A stretch of DNA of 64,000 nucleotides from an uncultured Verrucomicrobiota bacterium. GTDB lineage: Bacteria > Verrucomicrobiota > Kiritimatiellia > CAIVKH01. The position numbers were made by a program, and so were the translations under genes. The stretch is taken from the NCBI GenBank assembly GCA_964470065.1, contig CAYYAR010000004.1, forward strand, positions 26,329-90,328, read 5' to 3'. The notes below the pieces were generated by a model. It saw nothing but the letters and a program-made list of their open reading frames with translations. It was not told the DNA's origin and searched no databases. Positions 39,334-48,836 of the stretch are shown here, in pieces (within the stretch, counting starts at the first letter, position 1; each line of letters starts with the position of its first letter).

Positions 39334-39942
39334 ATGAAAAAAACATCACTAATCATTGCGCTTCTTACAACTCTGTCGTTAAACGCCCAAGCTGGAATCA
39401 ATGTTCTGGTTTCTGGTCTTACGGGATTTTATCGTTCTGATGACACCACGGGTTTGTTGCAAGCGCCCGGCGGCCTTAATGGCTGGATACAATTTATTTA
39501 CTCCACAACAGGAGTAGTTGCCGGACCTGCTGGAATCGGAGGCACTGTAGACGGGAGCGAGTCCATTCTCGATCAGTTTGGTCTAACAAACGCCGGTAAC
39601 TCAGACGATTACGGAACTTTTGTTTACGGTTTAGTTGCTCCGCAGACAACCGGTTTTTGGTACGCTCGGTTATTCGAAGGCGGAAGTTCCACTACCGGAG
39701 CATCAGCCGATAATATCACCGCAGGTACATGGTACTATGAAAGCGCTGTTTATGCTGTGATTAACAACACAGACCCCGCTTCACCAGACGCCCAGTCAAT
39801 TCAAGGAAATAATCCTACCATTCTTCAAACTGCATTCGGTGGCGACTTCGTGAACTACCAAGTCGTTCCTGAGCCTTCCGTCCTTGCCTTCTTAGGCCTT
39901 GGAGGTTTGGCTTTGGCGGCTCGCCGTCGCTTCATCGCTTAA
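39334..39942 (+). CDS. PEP-CTERM sorting-signal secreted protein
   Basis: Signal peptide MKKTSLIIALLTTLSLNAQA; the C-terminus VVPEPSVLAFLGLGGLALAARRRFIA has the VPEP motif, a hydrophobic stretch and basic residues (exosortase signal). Lower GC. Confidence 0.8.
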   Translation: MKKTSLIIALLTTLSLNAQAGINVLVSGLTGFYRSDDTTGLLQAPGGLNGWIQFIYSTTGVVAGPAGIGGTVDGSESILDQFGLTNAGNSDDYGTFVYGLVAPQTTGFWYARLFEGGSSTTGASADNITAGTWYYESAVYAVINNTDPASPDAQSIQGNNPTILQTAFGGDFVNYQVVPEPSVLAFLGLGGLALAARRRFIA

Positions 39943-39970
39943 TCAGCGATTTTGTTTATGGCCATTTGAA

Positions 39971-39998
39971 AGCGCCCTCTCCGGAGGGCGCTTTTTTG
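39971..39998 (+). terminator. Rho-independent terminator after the PEP-CTERM gene
   Basis: AGCGCCCTC-TCCG-GAGGGCGCT followed by TTTTTT. Confidence 0.7.
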
Positions 39999-40035
39999 TT
40001 TTCCAACCGCGTCTCCCGCATTAACCTCATCGACT

Positions 40036-42984
40036 ATGTTTTGGATATCCATCGTCTTCTTTTTATCCGGCCTCTCCGCGCTGGTGTACCAACTGCTCTG
40101 GATGCGCCACCTCGGATTCATCTTTGGCAATACCATCTATGCCAGCGCGACCGTGTTAACCGCGTTCATGGGTGGCTTGGCGATTGGTTCGCATCTATTT
40201 GGTCGTTGGGCGGAGCGGCTTAAGGATCCGCTGAAAGCATTTGCCATTCTCGAGTGGGTCGTGGCCGCTTATGCCGTTCTGCTTCCGTTCCTCTTTTATG
40301 GCCTACAGCTTGTCTACCGGATGGCCTATCAATCGATTTCCCAGGAACTGATTTTTCTTACGCCACTACGTTTCATTCTTGCTGTCATCATTCTTTTGAT
40401 TCCGACCATCGCGATGGGTGGCACCTTGCCGGTATTGATTCGCGGGCTGGCGCATGACGAACCGAACTTTGGTTCGCGTCTCGGCTGGCTTTACGGCGTG
40501 AATACACTGGGCGCGGTGGCCGGTGTTTTCCTGAGCGGATTTTACCTTATCCCGGCGATCGGGCTGACCAACACCAATCTGCTCGCCGCCGCGACGGATT
40601 TAATTGCCGGCATTGGCGCGTGGCTCATCGCTTCGCGGCACCGCGTGCCTCATACCGATTATCAGGAACCCAAGCGTGCCTCGTACCCGTGGCGAAGCAT
40701 GACGTTCAACTCGCGCTATGCGGTCGTGGTGGCGACGTTTTGCGGATTCATCTCGCTGGCGCTCGAAGTTATCTGGTTCCGCGCGCTGATCCTCGTTTTC
40801 GGTTCCACCACATATTCTTTCACGGTGATGTTGGGCGTGTTCCTGCTCGGCATCGCGCTGGGTTCACTGTTGATCGCTCCTTTTCTTGACCGGATGAAAT
40901 TGCTGGTTCCCGCGCTCGCCGCGACACTCGTTCTCATCGGTGGTTACACGCTCTGGTCGATGTATCGCTTTGATGGCGGACCGGAATTTTTGTTGAATTA
41001 TCTAAATCAGCGCTCGTTCACGTGGTCGGCCATGAATCAGGCGCGGTTTATAATCGCGGTTTCTCATCTGGCCGTTCCCGCGTTGCTTTTCGGAATTAGC
41101 TTCACCATCGCAACTCGCATCGTGCGTCGCGATGAATCAAGCTCATCTGCTGCGGTCGGCATGGTTTACGCGCTCAATACCATCGGTGCGGTTGCGGGTT
41201 CATTCGCAGGCGGATTCCTCATGCTGCCGAATCTCGGGATGGAGGGCTCTCTGCTTGTTATTGCCGGTGCGGCATCGTTATCCGGCTTTGTTTCGCTGAT
41301 CCTTTGGGGTGGTGCCATCCCGATGCGTCTGGCCGCCGGCGCTGGTACCCTAGCATTAGCTTTGTATGTTATCTTTTTTCCACCGGTTTGGAACAAGACG
41401 GTGCTTTCCGCGGGCGCTTTCTTCGGGGCGTTTAACTTTGTTTCCGAAGGCAAAATCATTTTCCGCGAAAAGGTTCTTGCTGATCGTTTGCTTCATTACC
41501 GGGAGTCGATAGCCTCGACCGTTTCCGTGCACATCAGTGAGGATGAGCAGAAGTATTTTTGCGTGGATGGAAAAACCGAAGCCGACCAAGGCACCCGCGG
41601 CATGGTTGTTCAACGGATGATCGGTCACCTGCCGATGTTGTTTCATCCGAACGCAAAGAAAGCCATGAATCTTGGACTTGGTGCCGGAGTGAGCTTTGGC
41701 GCCTTGGGGTGCCATCCTCTCGATCATCTCGAAGTCGTCGAAATTGAGCCCGCAGTATCGATAGCCGCCAAGGTTTGGGGAGATTTGAATCACAACATTC
41801 TCGATAATCCCAAGGCAATAGTCACCGTGAATGACGGACGCAATCATCTTTTTTGCACCACAAATTACTACGATGTCATTACGTCCGACCCGTTTGAGCC
41901 AGTTGTCGGAGGGGCTGGCCATCTTTTCACCGTGAACCATTTCAAGAATGCCAAACAGCGCCTGAACGATGGCGGCATCATGTGCCAGTGGATCCCGATG
42001 TATGAGATGACCTCCGAGGATTATCTGACGATTGTGCGGTCGTTTGTGTCGGTATTTCCTCAGACGACACTTTTCTATACGGGTTTTGACACGCTGCTTC
42101 TCGGGTTCAAAGATGAGATGCGGCTGGACCCGGAAGTTTTGCGGCGTAATTTTGAGATACCGGCCGTGAAAGCCTCGCTGGCGGATGTAGGATTTACGTC
42201 GCCCGAAATGATTTTGGGGATGTTCGTAGCGGACTTGAGCAAAATGCCGGAGTTTACCGGTTCTGGACCGGTGAACACCGATGACAAACCGATTATTGAG
42301 TTTTCCACACCCAAGAGCCAGCTACGTTACACGACCGACGAAAATCAGGCCGCGCTGCTAGCTCATTTCACGCCGATTCCTGATGTTTGGCTTGATGGCC
42401 TCGACGACGCCACGTCTCAGCAATTAAAGCAGGAGCATGAGGCGGTTCGTCTTATGCTGGAATCGGGAGTTTTGCGGGCGAGGGGAGACACTGAGAAAGC
42501 CTTTATGCAGCTCGCGAAGGCGAATGAGATTTCACCGGCCAATCCGGTAGTTAAAAATGAGATGGTGGCGATGCTGACGGTTTCGGCTCAGACGTTGCGC
42601 AAGAGCGGGGAGCGGGATGAGGCGGCGCGACAATTCCAGACGGCGTTGCAGTTGGATCCGGGTGATTTTTGGTCGCTGTATTATCTGGTCGAACTGGGAA
42701 TGCAGGCGGGGCAGGTGGAGTTTGCCGGGAAGATGCTGGAGGAGGCGGTGGCGCGTTATCCGGAGTCGCCGCTGGTAAAGGGGTTGAAGGCGAAATATTT
42801 GTTCACGCAGGGCGATCAGGCCAGTGCGTTTGAGTTCTTCAAGCAGGCCGTGATTGAACAGCCCGGAAGCCGGATGTTGTGGAATGATTTCATGCGGGTG
42901 GCAATGGCGGCGGGTGACCAAGTCCTCACCGCGTATGCGCAACAGAATCTCGACCGGTTGAATGCGTATATCGAGGGGAAATAA
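40036..42984 (+). CDS. Fused polytopic membrane (MFS-like) / spermidine-synthase-like / TPR protein
   Basis: 982 aa. ~13 TM N-terminal domain (MFWISIVFFLSGLSALVYQLLWMRHLGF...). The central domain resembles aminopropyltransferases, retaining the DVITSDPFEPVVGGAGHLFT block (compare E. coli SpeE DSTDPIGPGESLFT), but the Gly-rich dcSAM motif is changed to NLGLGAGVSFGALG. C-terminal TPR-like helical repeats. Confidence 0.85.
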   Translation: MFWISIVFFLSGLSALVYQLLWMRHLGFIFGNTIYASATVLTAFMGGLAIGSHLFGRWAERLKDPLKAFAILEWVVAAYAVLLPFLFYGLQLVYRMAYQSISQELIFLTPLRFILAVIILLIPTIAMGGTLPVLIRGLAHDEPNFGSRLGWLYGVNTLGAVAGVFLSGFYLIPAIGLTNTNLLAAATDLIAGIGAWLIASRHRVPHTDYQEPKRASYPWRSMTFNSRYAVVVATFCGFISLALEVIWFRALILVFGSTTYSFTVMLGVFLLGIALGSLLIAPFLDRMKLLVPALAATLVLIGGYTLWSMYRFDGGPEFLLNYLNQRSFTWSAMNQARFIIAVSHLAVPALLFGISFTIATRIVRRDESSSSAAVGMVYALNTIGAVAGSFAGGFLMLPNLGMEGSLLVIAGAASLSGFVSLILWGGAIPMRLAAGAGTLALALYVIFFPPVWNKTVLSAGAFFGAFNFVSEGKIIFREKVLADRLLHYRESIASTVSVHISEDEQKYFCVDGKTEADQGTRGMVVQRMIGHLPMLFHPNAKKAMNLGLGAGVSFGALGCHPLDHLEVVEIEPAVSIAAKVWGDLNHNILDNPKAIVTVNDGRNHLFCTTNYYDVITSDPFEPVVGGAGHLFTVNHFKNAKQRLNDGGIMCQWIPMYEMTSEDYLTIVRSFVSVFPQTTLFYTGFDTLLLGFKDEMRLDPEVLRRNFEIPAVKASLADVGFTSPEMILGMFVADLSKMPEFTGSGPVNTDDKPIIEFSTPKSQLRYTTDENQAALLAHFTPIPDVWLDGLDDATSQQLKQEHEAVRLMLESGVLRARGDTEKAFMQLAKANEISPANPVVKNEMVAMLTVSAQTLRKSGERDEAARQFQTALQLDPGDFWSLYYLVELGMQAGQVEFAGKMLEEAVARYPESPLVKGLKAKYLFTQGDQASAFEFFKQAVIEQPGSRMLWNDFMRVAMAAGDQVLTAYAQQNLDRLNAYIEGK

Positions 42985-43054
42985 ACCGGCGAGAGACAAA
43001 GGGGCCGCGTCGAGGATAAGATTTCCAGAGGTTGGAAAAATCACCTCCAAAAAT

Positions 43055-43075
43055 TTCCAATGATTGGAATTTTTT
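43055..43075 (+). terminator. Weak AT-rich hairpin plus T-run terminator after the fused gene
   Basis: TTCCAA-TGA-TTGGAA followed by TTTTTT. Confidence 0.4.
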
Positions 43076-43381
43076 GTAACCATCATCGTATGGCGCGAAA
43101 ATGGCTATTCGTCTTTACCCGTCCATCCCCCGAAAACCTTAGATAATAGCTCGATCCTGCTCCAACCGGTATGACGGCTGTTCCTGCTCCGGAGCAGGCG
43201 CGTTTCTGATCAGCGTAATTTTTCGAAGCGGGTTCCGCTTCCGGGTTTGATCCGAAGGTACCCGGCCCGGAAAGCCGGGCCGCTCCAACGTGGTCGTGCA
43301 TGCTACGCGCTTGGTCGCGACCCATGAGTAGCGAACGATGGTGTTTTGGTGTAATCCGCTCCGCCTAATCGCGATGCACCC

Positions 43382-45523
43382 TCAGCTACCTTGCTCCATC
43401 TCGAGGATGGTCCGTCGGGATTTGGTGCCATCGAGGACTTCGCGCACTTTGGCCGAGATGGTTCCGATCGAGAATGGTTTTTGCATGTAGTTGATATCCG
43501 AGTCCAGCACGCCGCGGCTGATGTTGGCGTTGGCGGTATAGCCGGACATGTACAAAACTTTCATGCCGGGCCGTGACGCGGATAGCGTGTCGAACAGCGC
43601 CCGCCCATTCATGCCCGGCATTACTACATCCGTGACCAGAATGTCGATCGGTTCGTCAAATTCCTCCGCCAGTTTAATGGCATCCTGGGGGTCCCCGGCG
43701 GCGAGCACTTTATATCCGGCGTCGCGCAGAGTTTCCTTGATCAGCTCGAGCACGAGCTTCTCGTCTTCGCACAGCAGGATGGTTTCCTTGCCGCTCACGG
43801 TCTTGGCCACGGGGCGATCAAACTTGTTGTCGGGCAGTTGTTCCAATGTCCGCGGCAGATAAATTAAAAACGTGGTGCCCTGACCCGGCTTGCTCTGCAC
43901 ATCGATGAATCCCTTGTTCTGCTTGATAACGCCATAAACCGAGGCGAGGCCCAATCCGGTGCCGCGCCCCACCTCTTTGGTGGTGTAAAACGGCTCGAAG
44001 ATATGGCGGAGTTGCTCCTGGGTCATGCCGGCGCCGGTGTCGGCGATGCTGATCATCACATATTCGCCGGACGCAACATCGGGATAGCGACCCGCCGTGT
44101 GGTCATCCACCTTGATGTTCGCCGTGGCGAGGGTGATTTTTCCCACATCGGGCATGGCATCGCGCGCGTTGAGGGCGAGATTGACCAGCACCCGGTCGAT
44201 TTGAGACGCATCCGTCATCACATTCCACAGCTCATTCCCGGGTCGCCACTCGACCTCGATATCCTCGCCGACCATGTTTTTGATCATCTTGAGCATGTGC
44301 GCGATGGTGTTGTTGAGGTTGAGCACCTCGGGCAACAATGTTTGTTTGCGGGCAAACGCCATGAGCTGCAAGGTGAGTTGCGCCGAGTGGCGCGCGGCTT
44401 TCCTGATCTCGCCGAGATAACCGCGCAAACGGGGACGGCCAATCGCCTCTTTCTCCGCCATTTCGGCAAATCCCAGCACTGCCTGCAGCTTGTTGTTGTA
44501 GTCGTGGGCGACGCCCCCGGCCAGCCAGCCCACGGCCTCCATTTTCTGGGCCTGCTGAAGCTGATCCTCCAGTCGCTTCTGATCGGTGATATCATGAACA
44601 AGGGCATACTGCAGATGACGCCCATCCAGCGTGATTTGATCGCTGTAGATTTCGACATCGCGCACTTGCCCATGCGCCAGATGGCGGGTCGTGACCGGTT
44701 CGCCCGCCCGCGCCGGCAAGATCAACTTCGGGGCGTCGCCGGATGATCCGTCGGCGGACGGCATCAGTTCAACCATCCGGCGCTTGCGCAATTCCTCGCG
44801 TGTTTGACCGTAAAACACGGCGGCGGCGTTGTTTGCCTCGACGATTTGTCCGTCCTGCGGATCAAGCAGCAGGATGATGGTGTGATTGTTCTCGAACAAG
44901 CTGCGATGCCTGGACTCGCTCTCGCGCACCAACCGGGCATCGCGCTCGCGTTGGAGGCGGAGGGCAAGCATGCGACAAAAAAACATGGTGATCAGGGGGT
45001 ACACCGCAATCACGGGAATCCAGGTTTTCATCAGCACGTCGATCGCCTCGTCGGCGGGCATCAGGTAAAACATGTTCAAGATCGTGGCGTGAACAACGAG
45101 ACCGAAGAGGTACAGCTCCGTCCAGGAAAGATCGGCGAGTCGTTTGGTAAGGAAACCACGCCAGACCATACCGATCAGTCCCGAGGCAAGGATGATGGCC
45201 GTGCCGGTGGGCGCGCCCGGTCCTCCCTGCAGCCAGGCGAAAATACCGGTCAGGGTCATGGCGATCACGGTCGGCACAACGCCCAGGTATAAACCCGATC
45301 CGGCGAGCAAAATGGAGCGGGAGTCGAACTTGATGCCGGCCTCCGGCTCGTACGACAGAAGCATGATGGATAACCCGATGGCGCCGACGACCAATCCCAT
45401 GAACATGCGCAGAAATGTCGAGGTGCGACCCTCTTCGTAGACGGAGATGAGGCTGTACGCGTACCCGAGGGTCATGAGCAGCGCGGCGTTGTTGATCAAG
45501 AGCAAGAAGACCGAATCAGACAT
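43382..45523 (-). CDS. Hybrid sensor histidine kinase/response regulator with an N-terminal 5TMR-LYT membrane sensor, PAS, HisKA, HATPase and REC domains
   Basis: N-terminal multi-TM module of LytS/YhcK 5TM-receptor type, a PAS region, H-box (GGVAHDYNN), HATPase_c (GTGLGL) and a C-terminal receiver (ILLCEDEKLV...DILVTDVVMPGMNG). Confidence 0.85.
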   Translation of the reverse strand: MSDSVFLLLINNAALLMTLGYAYSLISVYEEGRTSTFLRMFMGLVVGAIGLSIMLLSYEPEAGIKFDSRSILLAGSGLYLGVVPTVIAMTLTGIFAWLQGGPGAPTGTAIILASGLIGMVWRGFLTKRLADLSWTELYLFGLVVHATILNMFYLMPADEAIDVLMKTWIPVIAVYPLITMFFCRMLALRLQRERDARLVRESESRHRSLFENNHTIILLLDPQDGQIVEANNAAAVFYGQTREELRKRRMVELMPSADGSSGDAPKLILPARAGEPVTTRHLAHGQVRDVEIYSDQITLDGRHLQYALVHDITDQKRLEDQLQQAQKMEAVGWLAGGVAHDYNNKLQAVLGFAEMAEKEAIGRPRLRGYLGEIRKAARHSAQLTLQLMAFARKQTLLPEVLNLNNTIAHMLKMIKNMVGEDIEVEWRPGNELWNVMTDASQIDRVLVNLALNARDAMPDVGKITLATANIKVDDHTAGRYPDVASGEYVMISIADTGAGMTQEQLRHIFEPFYTTKEVGRGTGLGLASVYGVIKQNKGFIDVQSKPGQGTTFLIYLPRTLEQLPDNKFDRPVAKTVSGKETILLCEDEKLVLELIKETLRDAGYKVLAAGDPQDAIKLAEEFDEPIDILVTDVVMPGMNGRALFDTLSASRPGMKVLYMSGYTANANISRGVLDSDINYMQKPFSIGTISAKVREVLDGTKSRRTILEMEQGS

Positions 45524-45613
45524 GGCGGGTTTCCCGGGTTGCGCAATGCATGGTGCAATCTTGGCGCGGAATTGAAACCTCAACAAGGTAAATGTGAGGT
45601 GCTCGCCCTGGCG

Positions 45614-47383
45614 TCAGCGCTGCGGCCAACGCGGGCGGTCGGTGAGAAATATCTGATCGCGGCCGCTGATACGCAGCGCTTCGGTGAGCGGAAAGTCCGC
45701 CGGAATCATCTCGCGGAAGATGGGGTACCACGAGCTGTAAGGGCCGGTCATTAAACTGCTGACATAAGGCAAGTCGCGGGTAAGCGTGGTGAAGTAAAGG
45801 CCGCCGATCCGCTTTTGCATGTCGTTGATGCGGTAAAATTCCTCGATGGTGTTGGGGATGAGCAGGGAGCTGCGATCGCCATACCACGCGGTTGCCCAGG
45901 GCATATCGGTTCCCAGCAGTTCATCTGCGGTCATCATGTTGCAGACCATCGATACATAGGTCGGGTAGTAAGGCGGGTAGGGGTATCCGCTGCGGGGGGG
46001 CATCAGCTTCAAGATTAACGGCACCGCGGTAAGCAAGATCAGCAATCCGATCAGACCTGTTCGCAACACCGGAATGGCAATCTGCATGCGGTCGAGCAAC
46101 AGATAGAAAAAGGCGAGCCCGTACAAAATGATGAAGGGACGAAAGATCGCCATGGCCCGGAGGCTTGAGTTGTCAAACAGGCACGCGACAAGAAACAGGC
46201 CGATCATCGCGGCAAGCATGGCAAAGCGCAGAACATGCACCTGATTGCGGGCGAACCGGAAGAAGAACATCGCGATGAACAAGGCGGCGAGGATACCGTT
46301 GTTCGAGGACGAAAGCACCGTGTCGTAATGGCGGGCGATGTTACTCGTCCACTTTGTTTTGAGGGCATCGCCGGCGCCGGAGGGGAGGGGATTGCCGGTT
46401 CGTTCGAACGAATGGGTGATGGCCGGGCTGTCGATGTTGTGCACCAGTTGCGGCGTGAGGCCGAACGGTTTGCCGCAGACCTGGATATTGCGAATGATCC
46501 ATGGCGATACAAACAGCGCGGTTAACGCGAGAAATGCGAGGGCAATTTTCCATCCGCGTTGCGGAATCAAAAAGGTGATCAGCAAACCGCACGCCACCAG
46601 CATCCATCCGGCGGAGTAACGGGTCAGAAAGGCAAGTGCGCAGGCCAGGCTGGCGAGCGTGAAGGGCAGAATCCATCGCCAAGTCACGGCGCCGTCAGAG
46701 GTCCGCTCGATGGCGACAAGGGTGAGATAAACGGCCAGGGTGGTAAGGAGCGTGGCCAGCGAAACACTGAGGCCGGATATACCGTCCGCCCAAACCTGAT
46801 CGGAAACAAAAAACAGGGTGGTGGCGATAAGGGCCAGGCGCGGCTCGAAAAAGCGGCGACCAATCAAAAAGATCAGCAGCCCGGTCAGGATGGTCGCTAC
46901 ATTGCCCACCGGCACAATCGCCCATTGTTCGGGGGGATAAGCCCGAACCTTCTGGCCGGCGTCAAATGATCCGCCCACCCACAGATATGCCTTCGACAAG
47001 ATCCACGGATAAACCGGCGGATGCACGATATCCGGTTGTTGGAGCATGATGCCCGGGGATTCCAGGCCGTGCTGATCAAATACGCGCAACGCGGCCGGGC
47101 GAATAACCTTGGTCGAGAACGATCCATCGGTCATCAATTGGCGGGCAATTTGCGCCTGGTCCATCGCCTCGGCTTCCTTTAGCCCCCAGAACTCGGACAG
47201 CCAGTACAGCGACATCAGAGTGATGACGAAAAACACGTACAGGGCGAGTTTGATGAACTGGCTGCCGACGCCCTCGTCCACATTGTAAATCAGATCCTGA
47301 ACGCGGGACTCGAAGCTCTTGTGGACATTGACTGTCTCTGACTTCACGAGACGGACTTTATACGGCGGCGATGAGGTCGGCAA
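45614..47383 (-). CDS. GT-C fold membrane glycosyltransferase (ArnT/PMT-like, GT39/83-type)
   Basis: 589 aa, ~12 TM. The first periplasmic loop carries a DE motif (YNVDEGVG). Long loops and overall architecture of polyprenol-P-sugar-dependent GT-C enzymes. Confidence 0.65.
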   Translation of the reverse strand: MPTSSPPYKVRLVKSETVNVHKSFESRVQDLIYNVDEGVGSQFIKLALYVFFVITLMSLYWLSEFWGLKEAEAMDQAQIARQLMTDGSFSTKVIRPAALRVFDQHGLESPGIMLQQPDIVHPPVYPWILSKAYLWVGGSFDAGQKVRAYPPEQWAIVPVGNVATILTGLLIFLIGRRFFEPRLALIATTLFFVSDQVWADGISGLSVSLATLLTTLAVYLTLVAIERTSDGAVTWRWILPFTLASLACALAFLTRYSAGWMLVACGLLITFLIPQRGWKIALAFLALTALFVSPWIIRNIQVCGKPFGLTPQLVHNIDSPAITHSFERTGNPLPSGAGDALKTKWTSNIARHYDTVLSSSNNGILAALFIAMFFFRFARNQVHVLRFAMLAAMIGLFLVACLFDNSSLRAMAIFRPFIILYGLAFFYLLLDRMQIAIPVLRTGLIGLLILLTAVPLILKLMPPRSGYPYPPYYPTYVSMVCNMMTADELLGTDMPWATAWYGDRSSLLIPNTIEEFYRINDMQKRIGGLYFTTLTRDLPYVSSLMTGPYSSWYPIFREMIPADFPLTEALRISGRDQIFLTDRPRWPQR

Positions 47384-47462
47384 GTGAAAGCAATGCGCGA
47401 GGAACCCCGCGTGGATCGGGTGGCGAGTGCGGCCTTGTCAGGCCCGCGTGAACGAGATTGCG

Positions 47463-48836
47463 TCAGCCTTGATCATCTCCGCGCAATCCGTACTCGTTGA
47501 GTTTGCGGTGGAGGGTGCGCCGGCTGATGCCGAGTTGCTCGGCCGCCTTGGTCCGATTGTCGTTGCTGGCCTTCAGCGCTTTGATGATGAGGTTCTTTTC
47601 CGCCTGCTCCATGGAGAGCGGCAAGGCCCCGCCGTTTCCGCTCGAAGCTCCCGCTCCGGCGCGCTCGCGGATTTCCGGGGGAAGATCCCGCAAGGTGATG
47701 CGGCGATTGCGGGTAAGCACCACCATGCGCTCAACGGCGTTGCGCAGCTCGCGGACATTGCCCGGCCAGGGATAGGCCTGCAGGGCCTGGATCGCATCGG
47801 GCGTGATGGCCTCGATCTCGCGGTGATTGTCGCGGGTGCTTTGCTGGAGAAAATGATTCAGCAGGAGCGGAATATCGCCGGCGCGCTCGCGCAACGGCGG
47901 CAGCCGCAGCACCACCACGAACAGGCGATAGAATAAATCCTCGCGAAATTTGCCCTGATCCATCATCTCGCGAAGATTCCGGTTCGTCGCGGCAATCAGG
48001 CGCGTGTCGGTCTCGATGGTTTCCTGCCCGCCGACGCGTTCGAAGGCGCGCTCCTCAAGCACGCGCAAAATTTTCACCTGGATGGCGGCGTCGATCTCGC
48101 CGATTTCATCGAGAAACAAACTGCCGCCGTCGGCCATTTCGAAGCGGCCGCGCCGTCGCTCGGTGGCCCCGGTGAAGGCGCCTTTTTCATGACCAAACAA
48201 CTCGCTCTCGAGAAGGTTGGCGCTGAGGGCCGCACAATGCACCGCCACAAACGGGCCCTTCGTGCGTGTGCTCAGGCGATGGATCGCGTGGGCGACGAGT
48301 TCCTTGCCGGTGCCGCTCTCCCCTTCGATGAGGACGGTGGCTCGGGTGTCGGCCACTTGCTTGATGGTATCGAACACGTCCTGCATCGCGGAGGATTGAC
48401 CGATAATGCTTTCGAGGCCGTACTTGGAATTGAGTTGTTCGCGCAGCGAGCGATTTTCCTGTTCGACATCGCGTGTGCGCAGCGCCTGTTTCAGGGTAAT
48501 GTCGAGCTGATCGAGGTTGATTGGTTTGGTCATGAAATTATAGGCGCCGCGCCGCATGGCCTCCACCGCCATGTCGATTGATCCGTAGGCGGTCAGCATG
48601 ATGCAGACGGGCGGATGGGGCAGGGCGAGGACGCGTTGGAGCAAGACCAGACCATCCATGCCGGGCATGCGGACATCGCTGAGCATCGCATCGACTTTTT
48701 CTTTCTGGAGAATTTCGAGCGCGCGGTTTCCGTTTTCGGCGAGAAGGGTGGCGTAGCCCCGCTGCAAGGCGCGGGCGATCCCTTCGCGGGCGTTCTTTTC
48801 GTCGTCGACAATCAGGATGACTGGCTTGGCGCTCAT
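47463..48836 (-). CDS. Sigma-54-dependent response regulator (NtrC family)
   Basis: REC domain, AAA+ sigma-54 activator domain (GESGTGKE Walker A, GAFTGA motif) and a C-terminal Fis-type HTH. Confidence 0.9.
   Translation of the reverse strand: MSAKPVILIVDDEKNAREGIARALQRGYATLLAENGNRALEILQKEKVDAMLSDVRMPGMDGLVLLQRVLALPHPPVCIMLTAYGSIDMAVEAMRRGAYNFMTKPINLDQLDITLKQALRTRDVEQENRSLREQLNSKYGLESIIGQSSAMQDVFDTIKQVADTRATVLIEGESGTGKELVAHAIHRLSTRTKGPFVAVHCAALSANLLESELFGHEKGAFTGATERRRGRFEMADGGSLFLDEIGEIDAAIQVKILRVLEERAFERVGGQETIETDTRLIAATNRNLREMMDQGKFREDLFYRLFVVVLRLPPLRERAGDIPLLLNHFLQQSTRDNHREIEAITPDAIQALQAYPWPGNVRELRNAVERMVVLTRNRRITLRDLPPEIRERAGAGASSGNGGALPLSMEQAEKNLIIKALKASNDNRTKAAEQLGISRRTLHRKLNEYGLRGDDQG

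Noticed and set aside
43083-43325. 80-aa minus-strand ORF in the convergent gap after the fused gene.
   Set aside because: It spans the hairpin cluster, has biased composition and has no start context. It is better explained as structured non-coding DNA.
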